This document shows, one piece after another, positions 9,983-21,295 of a stretch of DNA of 32,000 nt. The position numbers were made by a program, and so were the translations under genes. Each line of letters begins with the position of its first letter. Positions within the stretch are counted from its first letter, which is position 1. The stretch is from Aliivibrio fischeri ES114 (GTDB lineage: Bacteria; Pseudomonadota; Gammaproteobacteria; Enterobacterales; Vibrionaceae): assembly GCF_000011805.1 (NCBI RefSeq), contig NC_006840.2. The stretch is one strand, 5' to 3'. Under the pieces are notes generated by a model. The model saw only the letters and a program-made list of their open reading frames with translations. It was not told the DNA's origin and did not search any database.

Positions 9983-12559
9983 TTAGTTCGCAACGATGTT
10001 TAATAACTTACCAGGTACGTAGATAACTTTACGAATCGTTAAGCCATCTAGGAACTTCATTGCGTTTTCGTCTTTTAGACCTAGTTCACGTACGTGTTCT
10101 TCTGTTGCATCAGCTGCAACAACCAGTTTTGCACGAAGTTTACCGTTGATCATTACTACGATTGTTTTTTCATCTTCAACTAGTGCATTCTCATCGAATG
10201 TTGGCCATGTTGCAGAATCTAAATCTGATTCACCTAGTGCTTCCCACATTGCAAAACTTGCGTGTGGTGTCATTGGGTAAAGCATAGCAACAACCGCTTT
10301 TAGTGCTTCATCAAGAAGAGCACGATCTTGTGCTGATTCTTGAGGTGCTTTGTTTAGCTTGTTCATCAATTCCATAATAGCAGCGATTGCTGTATTGAAT
10401 GTTTGACGACGGCCAATATCATCACTTACTTTTGCGATTGTTTTGTGAACGTCACGACGAAGTGCTTTTTGATCACCTGTTAGTGATGATGTATCTAGCG
10501 CTTCAGTTGTGCCTTTGTTTGTGTGCTCGTGAACCAGTTTCCATACACGTTTAAGGAAACGGTTTGCACCCTCAACGCCAGACTCTTGCCATTCAAGTGT
10601 CATGTCTGCTGGTGAAGCAAACATCATGAATAGACGAACGGTATCAGCACCGTATTTGTCTACCATTTCTTGTGGGTCGATACCGTTGTTTTTAGACTTA
10701 GACATTTTGATCATGCCTGAGTGTTCAACTTCACGACCTTGGTCATCAATGGCTTTCTCGATACGACCTTTACCATCACGCTCGATAGTTACATCCGTAG
10801 GAGCAACCCACTCTTTACCGCCTTTGTCGTTGGTGTAGTAGAATGCATCCGCAAGTACCATACCTTGACATAAAAGCTGCTTGAATGGTTCGTCAGAAGT
10901 AACATAACCCGCATCACGTAGAAGCTTATGGAAGAAGCGAGAATACAATAGGTGCATACAAGCGTGCTCGATACCACCAATGTATTGGTCTACTGGTAAC
11001 CAGTAGTTTGCTTTTTCTGGATCTAGGATATCGTCAGCTTGTGGTGAACAGTAACGTGCATAGTACCAAGATGATTCCATAAAGGTATCGAACGTATCTG
11101 TTTCACGTAGAGCTGGCTCGCCGTTAAATGTTGTTTTAGCCCACTCTTTGTCTGCTTTAATTGGACTAGTAACGCCATCCATTACTACGTCTTCAGGAAG
11201 AATTACTGGTAATTGGTCAGCAGGTACTGGGTGAACTTCACCATCTTCAGTTGTTACCATTGGGATTGGAGCACCCCAGTAACGTTGACGAGATACACCC
11301 CAGTCACGTAGACGGAAGTTTACTGTTTTCTTACCTTTGCCTTCAGCTTCAAGTTTCGCTGCGATAGCATCGAATGCTTCTTGGAAAGCAAGACCGTCGA
11401 ATTCACCTGAATCGAATAGAACACCTTTTTCTGTGTAAGCTGCTTCAGATACATCTAAATCAGAACCATCTTCTGGTTTGATTACAGGGATAATATCTAG
11501 ACCGTATTTAGTTGCAAATTCAAAGTCACGTTGATCGTGAGCAGGAACCGCCATTACCGCACCTGTGCCGTAATCCATTAATACGAAGTTAGCAACAAAT
11601 ACTGGTACTTCACGACCATTTAATGGGTGAATAGCACGTAGACCAGTGTCCATGCCTTTCTTTTCCATTGTTGCTAATTCTGCTTCAGCAACTTTAGTGT
11701 TGCGGCACTCTTCAACAAAAGCGGCTAACTCAGGGTTATTTTGAGATGCTTTCTCTGCAAGAGGGTGACCAGCTGCAATACCAACGTAAGTTACGCCCAT
11801 TAGCGTATCAGGACGTGTAGTATATACTTCTAAAGGAGAGGTTTCGCCATTAACAGCAAATGAAAGTTCAACACCTTCAGAGCGGCCAATCCAGTTACGT
11901 TGCATGGTTTTAACCATTTCAGGCCAACCATCAAGGTTATCTAGATCATCAAGAAGCTCTTGTGCGTATTCAGTAATTTTAATGAACCACTGTGGAATTT
12001 TCTTTTGTTCAACAGGGGTATCACAACGCCAACAACAACCATCTTCAACTTGTTCGTTAGCCAGAACCGTTTGGTCATTAGGACACCAGTTTACAGAAGA
12101 GGTTTTCTTGTAAACTAGACCTTTGTTGTACAGTTTTGTGAAGAACTCTTGTTCCCAACGGTAGTATTCAGGAGTACATGTTGCAAATTCACGGTTCCAG
12201 TCGTAACCAAAGCCTAATAGTTTAAGTTGGTTCTTCATGTACTCGATATTTTCATAAGTCCAAGGTGCTGGAGCGGTTTTATTTTTAACAGCCGCATTTT
12301 CAGCAGGAAGACCAAACGCATCCCAACCGATAGGTTGCATTACGTTTTTACCTTGTAGACGTTGGTAACGCGAAACTACATCACCGATAGTGTAGTTACG
12401 AACGTGACCCATGTGTAGACGACCACTTGGGTATGGGAACATTGAGAGACAGTAGAATTTTTCTTTGTTTGCGTCTTCAGTTACAACAAACGTTTTGTTG
12501 TCGTCCCAATGTTTTTGGATCTTTTGTTCAAGATCCTGTGGATTATATTGTTCTTGCAT
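9983..12559 (-). CDS. leuS: Leucyl-tRNA synthetase
   Basis: 858-aa ORF with class-I signatures HMGH (HIGH) and KMSKS, and full-length LeuRS-like sequence. Confidence 0.97.
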   Translation of the reverse strand: MQEQYNPQDLEQKIQKHWDDNKTFVVTEDANKEKFYCLSMFPYPSGRLHMGHVRNYTIGDVVSRYQRLQGKNVMQPIGWDAFGLPAENAAVKNKTAPAPWTYENIEYMKNQLKLLGFGYDWNREFATCTPEYYRWEQEFFTKLYNKGLVYKKTSSVNWCPNDQTVLANEQVEDGCCWRCDTPVEQKKIPQWFIKITEYAQELLDDLDNLDGWPEMVKTMQRNWIGRSEGVELSFAVNGETSPLEVYTTRPDTLMGVTYVGIAAGHPLAEKASQNNPELAAFVEECRNTKVAEAELATMEKKGMDTGLRAIHPLNGREVPVFVANFVLMDYGTGAVMAVPAHDQRDFEFATKYGLDIIPVIKPEDGSDLDVSEAAYTEKGVLFDSGEFDGLAFQEAFDAIAAKLEAEGKGKKTVNFRLRDWGVSRQRYWGAPIPMVTTEDGEVHPVPADQLPVILPEDVVMDGVTSPIKADKEWAKTTFNGEPALRETDTFDTFMESSWYYARYCSPQADDILDPEKANYWLPVDQYIGGIEHACMHLLYSRFFHKLLRDAGYVTSDEPFKQLLCQGMVLADAFYYTNDKGGKEWVAPTDVTIERDGKGRIEKAIDDQGREVEHSGMIKMSKSKNNGIDPQEMVDKYGADTVRLFMMFASPADMTLEWQESGVEGANRFLKRVWKLVHEHTNKGTTEALDTSSLTGDQKALRRDVHKTIAKVSDDIGRRQTFNTAIAAIMELMNKLNKAPQESAQDRALLDEALKAVVAMLYPMTPHASFAMWEALGESDLDSATWPTFDENALVEDEKTIVVMINGKLRAKLVVAADATEEHVRELGLKDENAMKFLDGLTIRKVIYVPGKLLNIVAN

Positions 12560-12725
12560 CGATTTACCCAGTTATGTCAGTGGATCACAAAAAATGTGAG
12601 ATCGGTTTGATCAGATAATACTTGATCGGCATAGAATAACTAATGGAGCGCTTATACTCAAGCGACCTGATAACCTTTAACTCACTCTTCGCTATATAAA
12701 TCTAGCGAAATCTTGGAGGTGACTT

Positions 12726-13208
12726 ATGTCTAAGCAAAAAACGGGTTATAACGCCGTCTTTGAACGAGTAATGAATGTATTAGAAAGAAGTCCTGAAGAG
12801 TTTGAACATTGGGCGAAGTCTTCAGAAGAAGTGGTGGATGCCGCTTCTGATATGACCAAAGATGAGCTTGCTCTTATTTCAACGTATGTTAAACGTGATA
12901 TTAAAGAGTTTGCTCAAAGTTATGAAGAGAGCAAAAACACATTTCCTGATTCGCCTTTTTACCGCTTAATTGCCGATTCAATTTGGCACGGCTTATTGGA
13001 AATAACCGATAGAACACAAGTTGAATGGAAAGAGGTCTTTGATGATTTGGAACATCAAGGGGTTTATCAGGCTGGGGAGGTGATCGGTTTAGGTATTCTA
13101 GTGTGTGAAAAGTGTGGGCACCGAGAACAATTTAACCACGCTCAAATCATAGAGCCGTGTACTCACTGTCAACATGAAGAATTTACAAGAGTTTCTTTAA
13201 AACCTTAG
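12726..13208 (+). CDS. ybeL: Zinc-ribbon protein YbeL (DUF1451)
   Basis: 160-aa ORF with a C-terminal CxxC...CxxC (CEKCGH...CTHCQH). It has a strong RBS (GGAGGTGACTTATG) and sits next to leuS as in E. coli. Confidence 0.8.
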   Translation: MSKQKTGYNAVFERVMNVLERSPEEFEHWAKSSEEVVDAASDMTKDELALISTYVKRDIKEFAQSYEESKNTFPDSPFYRLIADSIWHGLLEITDRTQVEWKEVFDDLEHQGVYQAGEVIGLGILVCEKCGHREQFNHAQIIEPCTHCQHEEFTRVSLKP

Positions 13209-13229
13209 TTTAAAAGGCTATTGGTTAAA

Positions 13230-13262
13230 GGTCTGTATATCAAAATAAAAGAAATACAGACC
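13230..13262. terminator. Shared hairpin terminator between convergent ybeL and lnt
   Basis: GGTCTGTAT-15 nt-ATACAGACC, a perfect 9-bp stem with AT-rich flanks on both sides. Confidence 0.6.
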
Positions 13263-13270
13263 GTATGAAA

Positions 13271-14785
13271 TTACATATTGTCTTTTCGTTTACGCCAAGC
13301 AACAAGCAGAAATAGACCGACTAATAAGTATAAAGGAATCGAACCCCAGTAGCGGTAAGGGGTAGTTCCTGTAGTAGGAATAACCTCTCCACGTAATACG
13401 GCAGTTGTGAACTGTGGGATTTGTTTTGTTATTTGCCCTTTATGATCCGTAATTGCGGTAACTCCATTATTGGTTGAGCGGATGACAGGTTTTCCTATTT
13501 CTAAAGCTCGCATTTGGGCCATTTCCATATGTTGCAATGGACCAATAGAGGTACCAAACCAAGCGTCGTTTGAAAGCGTTAGTATGTAATCAGTTTGAGA
13601 GGTAATATTTTCTCTCACTTGTTCTCCATAAACGATTTCATAGCATAATGCGGGCGCTAAATGTGACCCACTGGCTTCCATATTTGGTTGGATATAATCG
13701 CCGCGACTAAATGATGACATCGGTAGATTAAATATTGGCGCTATTGGACGTAATAAGTTTTCAAAAGGAACAAACTCACCAAATGGAAGTAAATGGTGTT
13801 TGCTGTATCTAGGTTGCTGCCCATAATCGTATCCATTGGTGCCATTAACACCTAATGAAATGATATTGTTGTAGAAATTTCCTGTAGGGCTTTGGCCCAC
13901 GATACCAGTGATGACTGTGCTGTTATTCATCGTTGCTGCGCTATCTAAATTGCGAAGAAAGCTAGGAATTTCGATTTCTAATGCTGGAATTGCAGCTTCT
14001 GGCCATACAATGACATCGGCATCCCAATTTTTACGCGTTAAATCCATGTACTTCATGATCGTTGGCCAACGCTCACTAGGGAGCCATTTTATTGCTTGGT
14101 TCACATTTCCTTGGATCAACGCAACTTTAGTTGCTTTATCTGGTTGAGGGGTAACCCAATCAAAAGGTTTGATGGCAAAAGAGGTTGCAAAAATAACGGC
14201 AGGGATAAGCAGTAATCCCCATTTCTTATCAATAAAGCTGTATGCCATGGTACCGACAGACAGAAGGATCATGACGGTTATGCCTTCTACACCTAAAATA
14301 GGTCCCCAAGCTGACAGTGGGCTATCAATTTGGCTGTAACCTAGCCATAACCATGGAAAGCCAGTAAATACCCAACCACGAAGCCAATCGGTGATAATCC
14401 AAAGAGCTGGTGCGGCAAGTAAGTACTTTGTAATGTTGTGATTGCTAAAAAATCGCTGTAAAAGAAATGCAAATAGCATTGGATATAACGAAAGGTAGCT
14501 GATCAGTCCTATCATTAAAAATAGACTGGCAGCAACAGGCATACCACCAAAATTATCGATACTGACATGAACCCAACTCACGCCTGCACCAAAGTAACCT
14601 AACCCCCAAACAAAACCTAACCAAGTGGCTTTTTTGGTTGTTTGCTTATGCATTAGTAATAAAAGGATTAAAGGCGCAATAAAAGCAAAGGCCCATAAAG
14701 AGTAGGGAGCGAAAGCAAGGGTTGCACTTGCGCCAGAGAGTAAAGCAACAAGAAGGCGAATAAAGTAATGAGAAAGTAAAGGCAT
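13271..14785 (-). CDS. lnt: Apolipoprotein N-acyltransferase
   Basis: 504-aa ORF with a multi-TM N-terminal half and a nitrilase/CN-hydrolase-like C-terminal half (VVWPE...ALCYE). Confidence 0.92.
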   Translation of the reverse strand: MPLLSHYFIRLLVALLSGASATLAFAPYSLWAFAFIAPLILLLLMHKQTTKKATWLGFVWGLGYFGAGVSWVHVSIDNFGGMPVAASLFLMIGLISYLSLYPMLFAFLLQRFFSNHNITKYLLAAPALWIITDWLRGWVFTGFPWLWLGYSQIDSPLSAWGPILGVEGITVMILLSVGTMAYSFIDKKWGLLLIPAVIFATSFAIKPFDWVTPQPDKATKVALIQGNVNQAIKWLPSERWPTIMKYMDLTRKNWDADVIVWPEAAIPALEIEIPSFLRNLDSAATMNNSTVITGIVGQSPTGNFYNNIISLGVNGTNGYDYGQQPRYSKHHLLPFGEFVPFENLLRPIAPIFNLPMSSFSRGDYIQPNMEASGSHLAPALCYEIVYGEQVRENITSQTDYILTLSNDAWFGTSIGPLQHMEMAQMRALEIGKPVIRSTNNGVTAITDHKGQITKQIPQFTTAVLRGEVIPTTGTTPYRYWGSIPLYLLVGLFLLVAWRKRKDNM

Positions 14786-14849
14786 CGGCTATAACTCAAA
14801 TAGGTGGTAAGTAGCGAAAGAGAGTTAGTCTGTATAATTTAGATAAAGT

Positions 14850-14875
14850 TCAGCCACTGAAATATCAGTGGCTGA
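14850..14875 (-). other. Perfect 10-bp hairpin between corC and lnt
   Basis: TCAGCCACTG-aaatat-CAGTGGCTGA lies 5 nt downstream of the corC stop. The T-run is on the plus side only, so its role in the minus-strand operon is unclear. Confidence 0.35.
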
Positions 14876-14880
14876 TTTTG

Positions 14881-15759
14881 TTATTCTTCTTCAGGATCTT
14901 TGTTTTCAGATTCTTTATCAGGAATCGTCACTTGAAGTTGAATAATTCGACGGTTGTCCGCAGCAGTAACTTTGAATGTAAATCCTGAGATTTCAATCGT
15001 TTCACCACTTTCTGGTAAATGACCAAATCCAGTTAATACAAGACCACCTACAGTATCAATTTCTTCGTCGCTGAAGTTGGTTGAGAACGCTTCATTAAAG
15101 TCTTCAATTTCAGTTAATGCTTTCACAGAGAATGTGTGTTTGCTTAACTGACGAATGTCTTTTTCTTCTTCGTCATCAAATTCATCTTCAATGTCACCAA
15201 CGATTTCTTCTAAGATATCTTCAATGGTAACTAGACCAGAAACACCACCGAACTCATCGACAACGATGGCCATGTGGTAACGCTCTTCTCTAAACTCTTT
15301 TAAAAGCTTATCAACACGTTTGCTTTCTGGAACTACAACAGCAGGTCTAATAACTTGCTCTATTTCAAAGGCTTCACAGTCAGAGCCTAAGTATCTTAGT
15401 AAGTCCTTCGCAAGGAGTATACCTTCAACATGGTCTTTATCTTCACTGATCACTGGGTAGCGTGAGTGAGACGCTTCAATGATGGTTGCTATCAGTGATT
15501 CAAGGTCTTGAGTTTTCTCGACCGTAACCATTTGAGAGCGAGGTAACATAATGTCTCTTACTCTCATTTCTGCTATTTCCATAACACCTTCGAGCATATC
15601 TCGAGTGTCATGGTCGATAACTTCATTTTCTTCAGAGTCTCTAAACACATCAACCAACTCTTGGCGATCTTTAGGTTCTCCTTGGAATAGTTGTGAAAGG
15701 CGTCCTAAGAAGGACTTTCTACTCGGACCTTCTGTATTCTGTGAATTTTCGTCGTTCAT
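14881..15759 (-). CDS. corC: Mg/Co efflux-associated CBS-domain protein CorC (YbeX)
   Basis: Tandem CBS and CorC_HlyC regions are present. The start is re-called at the internal Met ([11 protein letters not shown]...), giving 292 aa, the E. coli CorC length. The ORF track adds 9 extra residues. Confidence 0.9.
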   Translation of the reverse strand: MNDENSQNTEGPSRKSFLGRLSQLFQGEPKDRQELVDVFRDSEENEVIDHDTRDMLEGVMEIAEMRVRDIMLPRSQMVTVEKTQDLESLIATIIEASHSRYPVISEDKDHVEGILLAKDLLRYLGSDCEAFEIEQVIRPAVVVPESKRVDKLLKEFREERYHMAIVVDEFGGVSGLVTIEDILEEIVGDIEDEFDDEEEKDIRQLSKHTFSVKALTEIEDFNEAFSTNFSDEEIDTVGGLVLTGFGHLPESGETIEISGFTFKVTAADNRRIIQLQVTIPDKESENKDPEEE

Positions 15760-15826
15760 GGCTTCTTTTAAAGTAAATGCTATCAATGTGGATAGCGCAC
15801 ATTAGTAACTACGGGTTATTCCGTTG

Positions 15827-16288
15827 TTATTTCTCAGCAATATATGGGTCTTCAAATCCCATACCTTGCATTAATTCTGTTTCGAGTGATTCCATCTCTT
15901 CAGCTTCATCATCTTCGATATGGTCATAACCTAGCAGATGAAGACTGCCATGTACAACCATATGAGCCCAATGTGCTAATAATGGCTTATTTTGCTCGAT
16001 AGCTTCTTCTTCAACAACTTGGCGACAGATAATTAAATCGCCAAGTAAATTAAGCTCAAGACCAGGAGGAGCTTCGAACGGAAATGAAAGTACATTAGTT
16101 GGCTTATCTTTACCACGATATTCGTGATTTAATTCATGACTTTCTTTTTCGTCTACAATACGAATGGTTAATTCGGCTTGCGGTTGAAATTGTGGAATAA
16201 CTGCATTTAACCATGTCATCAGCTCTTTTTCTGATGGTAAGCCGTTTTCGTTTTCACATGCAATTTGTAGATCGAGTTCAATACTCAT
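15827..16288 (-). CDS. ybeY: Endoribonuclease YbeY (16S rRNA 3' maturation)
   Basis: 153-aa ORF with the metal-binding motif [11 protein letters not shown]. Confidence 0.93.
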   Translation of the reverse strand: MSIELDLQIACENENGLPSEKELMTWLNAVIPQFQPQAELTIRIVDEKESHELNHEYRGKDKPTNVLSFPFEAPPGLELNLLGDLIICRQVVEEEAIEQNKPLLAHWAHMVVHGSLHLLGYDHIEDDEAEEMESLETELMQGMGFEDPYIAEK

Positions 16289-16304
16289 TGTTCACCTGAT
16301 TTTG

Positions 16305-17378
16305 TTACTGATTATTTTCTGCTTCAGCCATGCGAGCATCACGCTCTTGCTTTCTGCGTATTTCCTCTAGTTTACGCTCTTTTTGATCTTTTGCTTCCCA
16401 TTTTTCATAAGCGTTCACAATTCGAGCTACGACAGGATGGCGAACCACATCATCAGCAATAAAGAAGTTGAAGCTGATTTCATTCACTTCAGAAAGAACT
16501 TCAATCGCATGACGAAGGCCTGATTTAGCGCCACGAGGCAAATCAATTTGAGTTACATCGCCAGTAATAACCGCACGTGAATTAAAACCAATACGAGTTA
16601 AGAACATTTTCATTTGTTCTACAGTTGTATTTTGGCTTTCATCTAGGATGATAAAGGCATCGTTAAGGGTTCTACCACGCATATAAGCAAGTGGAGCTAC
16701 TTCAATAACGTTGCGTTCAATAAGTTTCTCAACACGTTCAAAGCCAAGCATTTCAAATAGCGCATCATAAAGAGGGCGTAAATACGGATCAACCTTTTGG
16801 CTAAGATCACCAGGTAAAAAGCCTAATTTTTCACCCGCTTCAACAGCTGGACGAGTAAGCAGGATACGACGAACTTCTTGGCGTTCTAAAGCATCAACGG
16901 CAGCTGCAACGGCAAGGTAGGTCTTTCCTGTACCTGCTGGGCCAATACCAAAGGTAATATCGTGAGTTACCATGTTGGTTACGTATTGCGCTTGGTTTTC
17001 AGTTCTTGGCTTTATTAATCCTTTTTTGGTTTTAATAAAGACTTCTTTTCCATAAGGAATGGTTGAAACGTCTTCTTTTGCCTGTTCTAAAACACCGGAT
17101 TCTTTTACCGCTAAATGGATTTGTTCTGGCTCAATATCAGGGTATTGATTCTTTACAGGAGCGGTATCGACGTATAGATCTTTGAGAATATCAATAGTAG
17201 CTGAAACGGTATGAGGTTTACCGACCACGGTAAATAGGTTGCCTCTATAGTTAATCTCCACCCCTAAACGACGTTCAAGGTGCTTGATGTTGTCATCAAA
17301 AGGCCCACAAAGGCTAGATAAACGATGATTGTCTGCTGGCTCTAAGGTCAACTCTAATTTGGTTGTTTTAATGCTCAA
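16305..17378 (-). CDS. ybeZ: PhoH-like ATPase YbeZ
   Basis: Walker A GPAGTGKT and PhoH-family sequence are present. The start is re-called at the TTG at 17378, preceded by a GAGG RBS 5 nt upstream, giving LSIKTTKLELTLEPADNHRL.... This aligns with the E. coli YbeZ N-terminus. The ORF-track extension runs into the miaB terminator. Confidence 0.85.
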   Translation of the reverse strand: MSIKTTKLELTLEPADNHRLSSLCGPFDDNIKHLERRLGVEINYRGNLFTVVGKPHTVSATIDILKDLYVDTAPVKNQYPDIEPEQIHLAVKESGVLEQAKEDVSTIPYGKEVFIKTKKGLIKPRTENQAQYVTNMVTHDITFGIGPAGTGKTYLAVAAAVDALERQEVRRILLTRPAVEAGEKLGFLPGDLSQKVDPYLRPLYDALFEMLGFERVEKLIERNVIEVAPLAYMRGRTLNDAFIILDESQNTTVEQMKMFLTRIGFNSRAVITGDVTQIDLPRGAKSGLRHAIEVLSEVNEISFNFFIADDVVRHPVVARIVNAYEKWEAKDQKERKLEEIRRKQERDARMAEAENNQ

Positions 17379-17460
17379 TGTCGCCTCGCATAAAGTAACT
17401 AGTAAGGTATCTATACAGTATTTATTGGGTAAATAAGGTATTTTCTCAAGACTATAAAAG

Positions 17461-17492
17461 AAAAAAGATGACTGAGTAACCTCAATCATCTT
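17461..17492 (-). terminator. Rho-independent terminator downstream of miaB
   Basis: The minus strand reads AAGATGA-14 nt-TCATCTT followed by TTTTCTTTT. Confidence 0.6.
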
Positions 17493-17524
17493 TATTTGTC
17501 TTTGATTTTATTAAAGAGATCACA

Positions 17525-18949
17525 CTATGGCGTAAAAGTACCTACACCAAGATCATCTTCACGACGTGTCTTTTCCATCATTTCTGCTGGAGTCATAACA
17601 ACACGTAAACCCATGTCTTTTTCTGTACGAACTAGTTCACCACGCAGTGAGTTCGCAAATACATCTGTGATTTTAACATCAACAAATTGACCAATAAGAT
17701 CCGCTGAACCTTCAAAGTTTACAACACGGTTGTTTTCAGTACGAGCACGAAGTTCCATCAGGTTTTTCTTCGATGGGCCTTCAACTAATACACGTTGCTC
17801 AGTGTCTAGCATTAGACGAGAGTAGCGCATTGCTTGGCTGTTTACTTGCTGTTGCAGTTCAGCTAGGCGATCTTTCTTCTCTTGTTCAGGGATATCACAT
17901 GGATAATCAGCAGCAGGTGTTCCTGGACGCGCAGAGAAGATGAAACTAAAGCTCATGTCGAAGTCGACATCTTTAATCAGTTTCATTGTATCTTGGAAGT
18001 CTTTCGCCGTTTCACCAGGGAAGCCAACAATAAAGTCAGAACTGATTTGAATATCAGGACGAGCCTTACGTAATTTACGAATGATTGATTTGTATTCAAT
18101 CGCTGTGTGAGGGCGCTTCATCATAGTTAGAATACGATCAGAACCACTTTGAACAGGTAAGTGTAAGAAACTTACTAGCTCTGGCGTATCTTCGTATACA
18201 GCGATGATGTCATCACCAAACTCTAATGGGTGGCTTGTTGTAAAGCGTAAACGGTCGATACCATCGATAGATGCAACCATACGTAATAATTCAGCAAATG
18301 TGCAGATATCACCGTCGTGCATTGGACCACGGTACGCGTTAACGTTTTGACCCAATAGGTTTACTTCACGTACGCCTTGCTCTGCAAGCTGTGCAATTTC
18401 AAATAATACGTCATCAAGAGGACGGCTTACTTCTTCACCACGAGTGTATGGAACAACACAGTAAGTACAGTACTTAGAACACCCTTCCATAATAGAAACG
18501 AACGCTGTTGCACCTTCTGCTTTTGGTTCAGGAAGGTTATCGAACTTTTCGATCTCTGGGAATGAAATATCCATTACTGGTTTTTCATTTGATTGAGATT
18601 GGCGGATCATTTCAGGTAAACGGTGTAAAGTTTGTGGACCAAAAATTACGTCAACGTATGGAGCTCGTTGGCGAATATGATCACCTTCTTGAGTTGCAAC
18701 ACAACCACCAACACCGATCACTAGATCTGGTTTTTTATCTTTTAGGTTTTTCCAGCGGCCTAATTGGTGAAACACTTTCTCTTGTGCTTTTTCACGAATA
18801 GAGCAGGTATTTAATAGTAGAACGTCAGCTTCTGTTGGTTCTTCTGTTAATTCATAACCATTTGCGGCACCTAAAAGGTCGGCCATTTTAGATGAATCGT
18901 ATTCGTTCATCTGACAGCCCCAGGTTTTGATCAGCAGTTTCTTAGTCAT
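17525..18949 (-). CDS. miaB: tRNA-i6A37 methylthiotransferase MiaB
   Basis: Radical-SAM CSKYCTYC motif plus N-terminal UPF0004 cysteines. The start is re-called at [17 protein letters not shown], giving 474 aa. Confidence 0.94.
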   Translation of the reverse strand: MTKKLLIKTWGCQMNEYDSSKMADLLGAANGYELTEEPTEADVLLLNTCSIREKAQEKVFHQLGRWKNLKDKKPDLVIGVGGCVATQEGDHIRQRAPYVDVIFGPQTLHRLPEMIRQSQSNEKPVMDISFPEIEKFDNLPEPKAEGATAFVSIMEGCSKYCTYCVVPYTRGEEVSRPLDDVLFEIAQLAEQGVREVNLLGQNVNAYRGPMHDGDICTFAELLRMVASIDGIDRLRFTTSHPLEFGDDIIAVYEDTPELVSFLHLPVQSGSDRILTMMKRPHTAIEYKSIIRKLRKARPDIQISSDFIVGFPGETAKDFQDTMKLIKDVDFDMSFSFIFSARPGTPAADYPCDIPEQEKKDRLAELQQQVNSQAMRYSRLMLDTEQRVLVEGPSKKNLMELRARTENNRVVNFEGSADLIGQFVDVKITDVFANSLRGELVRTEKDMGLRVVMTPAEMMEKTRREDDLGVGTFTP

Positions 18950-19163
18950 GTAACTTTTCACTCGTTTTGTATTACTAAAATTCGGTACAGTTTTGAGAGA
19001 CAAGCTCGATCAAAACGGATAGGGCGCGTATTGTACTGCTTTCCAAGCGCTGTGACTAGGTGTAGTAGACCATGAAAATTATAAGGACATGCAGTGAGTG
19101 ATTTCGATTACTGATAAATCAGGCTAGAATAAGGGAAAATAATTGATTCAATAAGGTCGATGG

Positions 19164-20321
19164 ATGATAAAAGAATATGATTATGCCGTAGTCGGTGGTG
19201 GCATGGTTGGCGCAGCAACTGCGGTTGGTTTGGCTAAATTAGGTCATTCAGTTGTTTTACTTGAAGCAAGAGAACCAGCGATTTATGACAAAGCACAACC
19301 GATGGATATTCGAGTTTCGGCTATTTCACAATCATCAGTCGACTTATTAGATTCTTTAGGCGCTTGGAAATTTATAAGCGAAACAAGAGTATGTCCTTAT
19401 AAGCGGTTAGAAACATGGGAACATCCTGAGTGTAGGACACGTTTTCATTCAGATGCTCTTAATATGGATCAACTTGGCTTTATTGTTGAAAACCGATTAA
19501 TCCAATTAGGTCTTTGGAATGAATTTTCTCAGTACAGTAACTTAAATGTACTTACTCCAATAAGCATTAATACAATCACTTTTCATCAAGAATACAATGA
19601 GTTAACTCTAAGTGATAATTCCGCATTAAAAGCAAAATGGGTAATTGGAGCTGATGGCGCTAACTCTTATGTTCGTCAACAAGCAAAAATAGGAATAACT
19701 GCTTGGGATTATCGTCAACATTGTATGTTGATTAATATTGAAACCGAGCAAGAACAGCAAGACATTACATGGCAATGGTTTACACCGTCAGGGCCAAGAT
19801 CATTCTTACCTTTATTTGGAAATAAAGGCTCATTAGTTTGGTATGACTCACCTACTCGTATTAAGCAATTAACTGCAATGAGTGATACTCAATTAGAAGA
19901 ACAAATCAAGCGACACTTTCCTGCAGAACTTGGTGGTTTTAAAGTTGAACGCTTTGGATCTTTTCCTCTTACACGCAGACATGCTCAACAATATGTAAAC
20001 CATCGGTGTGTGTTACTTGGTGATGCGGCACATACCATTAATCCGCTAGCAGGGCAGGGTGTTAATTTAGGTTTTAAAGATGTAAATGTCTTTTTAGAAG
20101 AAGTCGAAAAAAATGGCGTAGAGAGTGATAAAGCACCATCAAGATATGAAAGCAGAAGACGAACAGATAATTTACTAATGCAAACCAGTATGGACGTTTT
20201 TTATACCTTATTTAGCAATACACTGCCTCCGGTTAAATTATTACGTAATATTGGATTAAGAGCTGCAGAATCAGCTGGTCCATTAAAGATCCAAGCACTG
20301 AAGTATGCGTTAGGATTATAG
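19164..20321 (+). CDS. ubiF: FAD-dependent ubiquinone-biosynthesis hydroxylase (UbiF/UbiH/UbiI family)
   Basis: 385-aa ORF with an N-terminal GGGMVG dinucleotide-binding motif and LLGDAAH. The symbol is assigned only from synteny (miaB-ubiF-tRNA cluster as in E. coli), because these paralogs are hard to separate by eye. Confidence 0.7.
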   Translation: MIKEYDYAVVGGGMVGAATAVGLAKLGHSVVLLEAREPAIYDKAQPMDIRVSAISQSSVDLLDSLGAWKFISETRVCPYKRLETWEHPECRTRFHSDALNMDQLGFIVENRLIQLGLWNEFSQYSNLNVLTPISINTITFHQEYNELTLSDNSALKAKWVIGADGANSYVRQQAKIGITAWDYRQHCMLINIETEQEQQDITWQWFTPSGPRSFLPLFGNKGSLVWYDSPTRIKQLTAMSDTQLEEQIKRHFPAELGGFKVERFGSFPLTRRHAQQYVNHRCVLLGDAAHTINPLAGQGVNLGFKDVNVFLEEVEKNGVESDKAPSRYESRRRTDNLLMQTSMDVFYTLFSNTLPPVKLLRNIGLRAAESAGPLKIQALKYALGL

Positions 20322-20367
20322 AAAATATTAGGGACAAGGGACAAGTAGGAAAGAACTGGAAACGCAG

Positions 20368-20396
20368 AAGGTGAGCATTAATTGGTCACCTTTTTT
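20368..20396 (+). terminator. Rho-independent terminator of the ubiF-like gene
   Basis: AAGGTGA-11 nt-TCACCTT followed by TTTTGT. Confidence 0.65.
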
Positions 20397-20457
20397 GTAT
20401 CTGATTAACTAATTATCCTGATTGGTATGAATAGATGAAAATAGAATCTTACAGACG

Positions 20458-20488
20458 AAAAAAAAGCCCATCAAATTAATGATGAGCT
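20458..20488 (-). terminator. Rho-independent terminator of the tRNA operon
   Basis: The minus strand reads AGCTCATC-attaattt-GATGGGCT (8 bp, one G.U pair) followed by a run of eight T. It starts 10 nt after the last tRNA-Gln. Confidence 0.8.
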
Positions 20489-20497
20489 TTTTAAAAG

Positions 20498-20572
20498 TGG
20501 CTGGGATACCTGGATTTGAACCAGGGAATGGCGGCATCAAAAGCCGCTGCCTTACCGCTTGGCGATATCCCA
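20498..20572 (-). tRNA. tRNA-Gln(UUG), copy 1 (last gene of the operon)
   Basis: 75 nt. The reverse complement is TGGGATATCGCCAAGCGGTAAGGCAGCGGCTTTTGATGCCGCCATTCCCTGGTTCAAATCCAGGTATCCCAGCCA. The anticodon loop is CUUUUGA and the CCA end is encoded. Confidence 0.95.
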
Positions 20573-20597
20573 ACGAGATTCTTACGAACCTAAATAA

Positions 20598-20682
20598 TGG
20601 TGCGGTCGGAGAGACTTGAACTCTCACACCTCGCGGCGCCAGAACCTAAATCTGGTGCGTCTACCAATTCCGCCACGACCGC
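20598..20682 (-). tRNA. tRNA-Leu(UAG), allele A (U5:A68), copy 1
   Basis: 85-nt type-II tRNA. The reverse complement is GCGGTCGTGGCGGAATTGGTAGACGCACCAGATTTAGGTTCTGG...CGACCGCACCA, with a long variable arm. Confidence 0.95.
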
Positions 20683-20767
20683 ACAAATTTTATAGTGAAA
20701 TTAGAGATTGGTGATCTAATAACACTTTTTCCTTTCTTACTCTCAAGTTAATGAGAAAGAGAAAGAA

Positions 20768-20844
20768 TGGTGGCTACTACGGGATTTGAACCTGTGACCC
20801 CATCATTATGAGTGATGTGCTCTAACCAGCTGAGCTAAGTAGCC
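20768..20844 (-). tRNA. Elongator tRNA-Met(CAU), copy 1
   Basis: 77 nt. The reverse complement is GGCTACTTAGCTCAGCTGGTTAGAGCACATCACTCATAATGATGGGGTCACAGGTTCAAATCCCGTAGTAGCCACCA, closely resembling E. coli metT. Confidence 0.95.
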
Positions 20845-20854
20845 ATTCAATTAA

Positions 20855-20939
20855 TGGTGCGGACGGAGAGACTTGAACTCTCACACCTCGCGGCGCCAGA
20901 ACCTAAATCTGGTGCGTCTACCAATTCCGCCACGTCCGC
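20855..20939 (-). tRNA. tRNA-Leu(UAG), allele B (A5:U68), copy 2
   Basis: Same 85-nt sequence as allele A, except the acceptor stem reads GCGGACG...CGTCCGC. Confidence 0.95.
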
Positions 20940-21019
20940 ACAAATATTGTAGTGAAATTGAAGATTGGTGATTCAATAACACGTTGTCATAATCGAAATG
21001 AATCAATTATGTTTTAAAG

Positions 21020-21094
21020 TGGCTGGGATACCTGGATTTGAACCAGGGAATGGCGGCATCAAAAGCCGCTGCCTTACCGCTTGGCGATATCCCA
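21020..21094 (-). tRNA. tRNA-Gln(UUG), copy 2
   Basis: Identical to copy 1. Confidence 0.95.
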
Positions 21095-21123
21095 ACGAAT
21101 TGTTTTACTAAACAATTAAAAAA

Positions 21124-21200
21124 TGGTGGCTACTACGGGATTTGAACCTGTGACCCCATCATTATGAGTGATGTGCTCTAACCAGCTGAGCTAAGTAGCC
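21124..21200 (-). tRNA. Elongator tRNA-Met(CAU), copy 2
   Basis: Identical to Met copy 1. Confidence 0.95.
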
Positions 21201-21210
21201 ATTCAATTAA

Positions 21211-21295
21211 TGGTGCGGTCGGAGAGACTTGAACTCTCACACCTCGCGGCGCCAGAACCTAAATCTGGTGCGTCTACCAATTCCGCCACGACCGC
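21211..21295 (-). tRNA. tRNA-Leu(UAG), allele A, copy 3
   Basis: Acceptor stem reads GCGGTCG...CGACCGC. Confidence 0.95.

Noticed and set aside
17411-17420. A TACTGTATAG motif (minus strand) upstream of ybeZ that resembles half of a LexA SOS box.
   Set aside because: The CTGT-N8-ACAG palindrome is not completed, because the second half reads CTTA. It is most likely chance in AT-rich DNA.
17379-17489. N-terminal extensions in the ORF track: ybeZ to 17489, miaB to 19003, prs to 25433, lolB to 27000, corC to 15786 and ispE to 26302.
   Set aside because: The extensions are not part of the conserved protein N-termini. They run into terminators or neighbouring genes. Better internal starts exist with an RBS, a lipobox or an ATGA overlap.
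20331-20346. A direct repeat GGGACAAG x2 just after the ubiF-like stop codon.
   Set aside because: It is only 8 bp repeated twice with no associated structure or motif, and is too short to interpret.
20409-20627. A 72-aa minus-strand ORF from the ORF track.
   Set aside because: It lies across the operon terminator, tRNA-Gln copy 1 and part of tRNA-Leu copy 1. It is an artefact of translating structured RNA genes.
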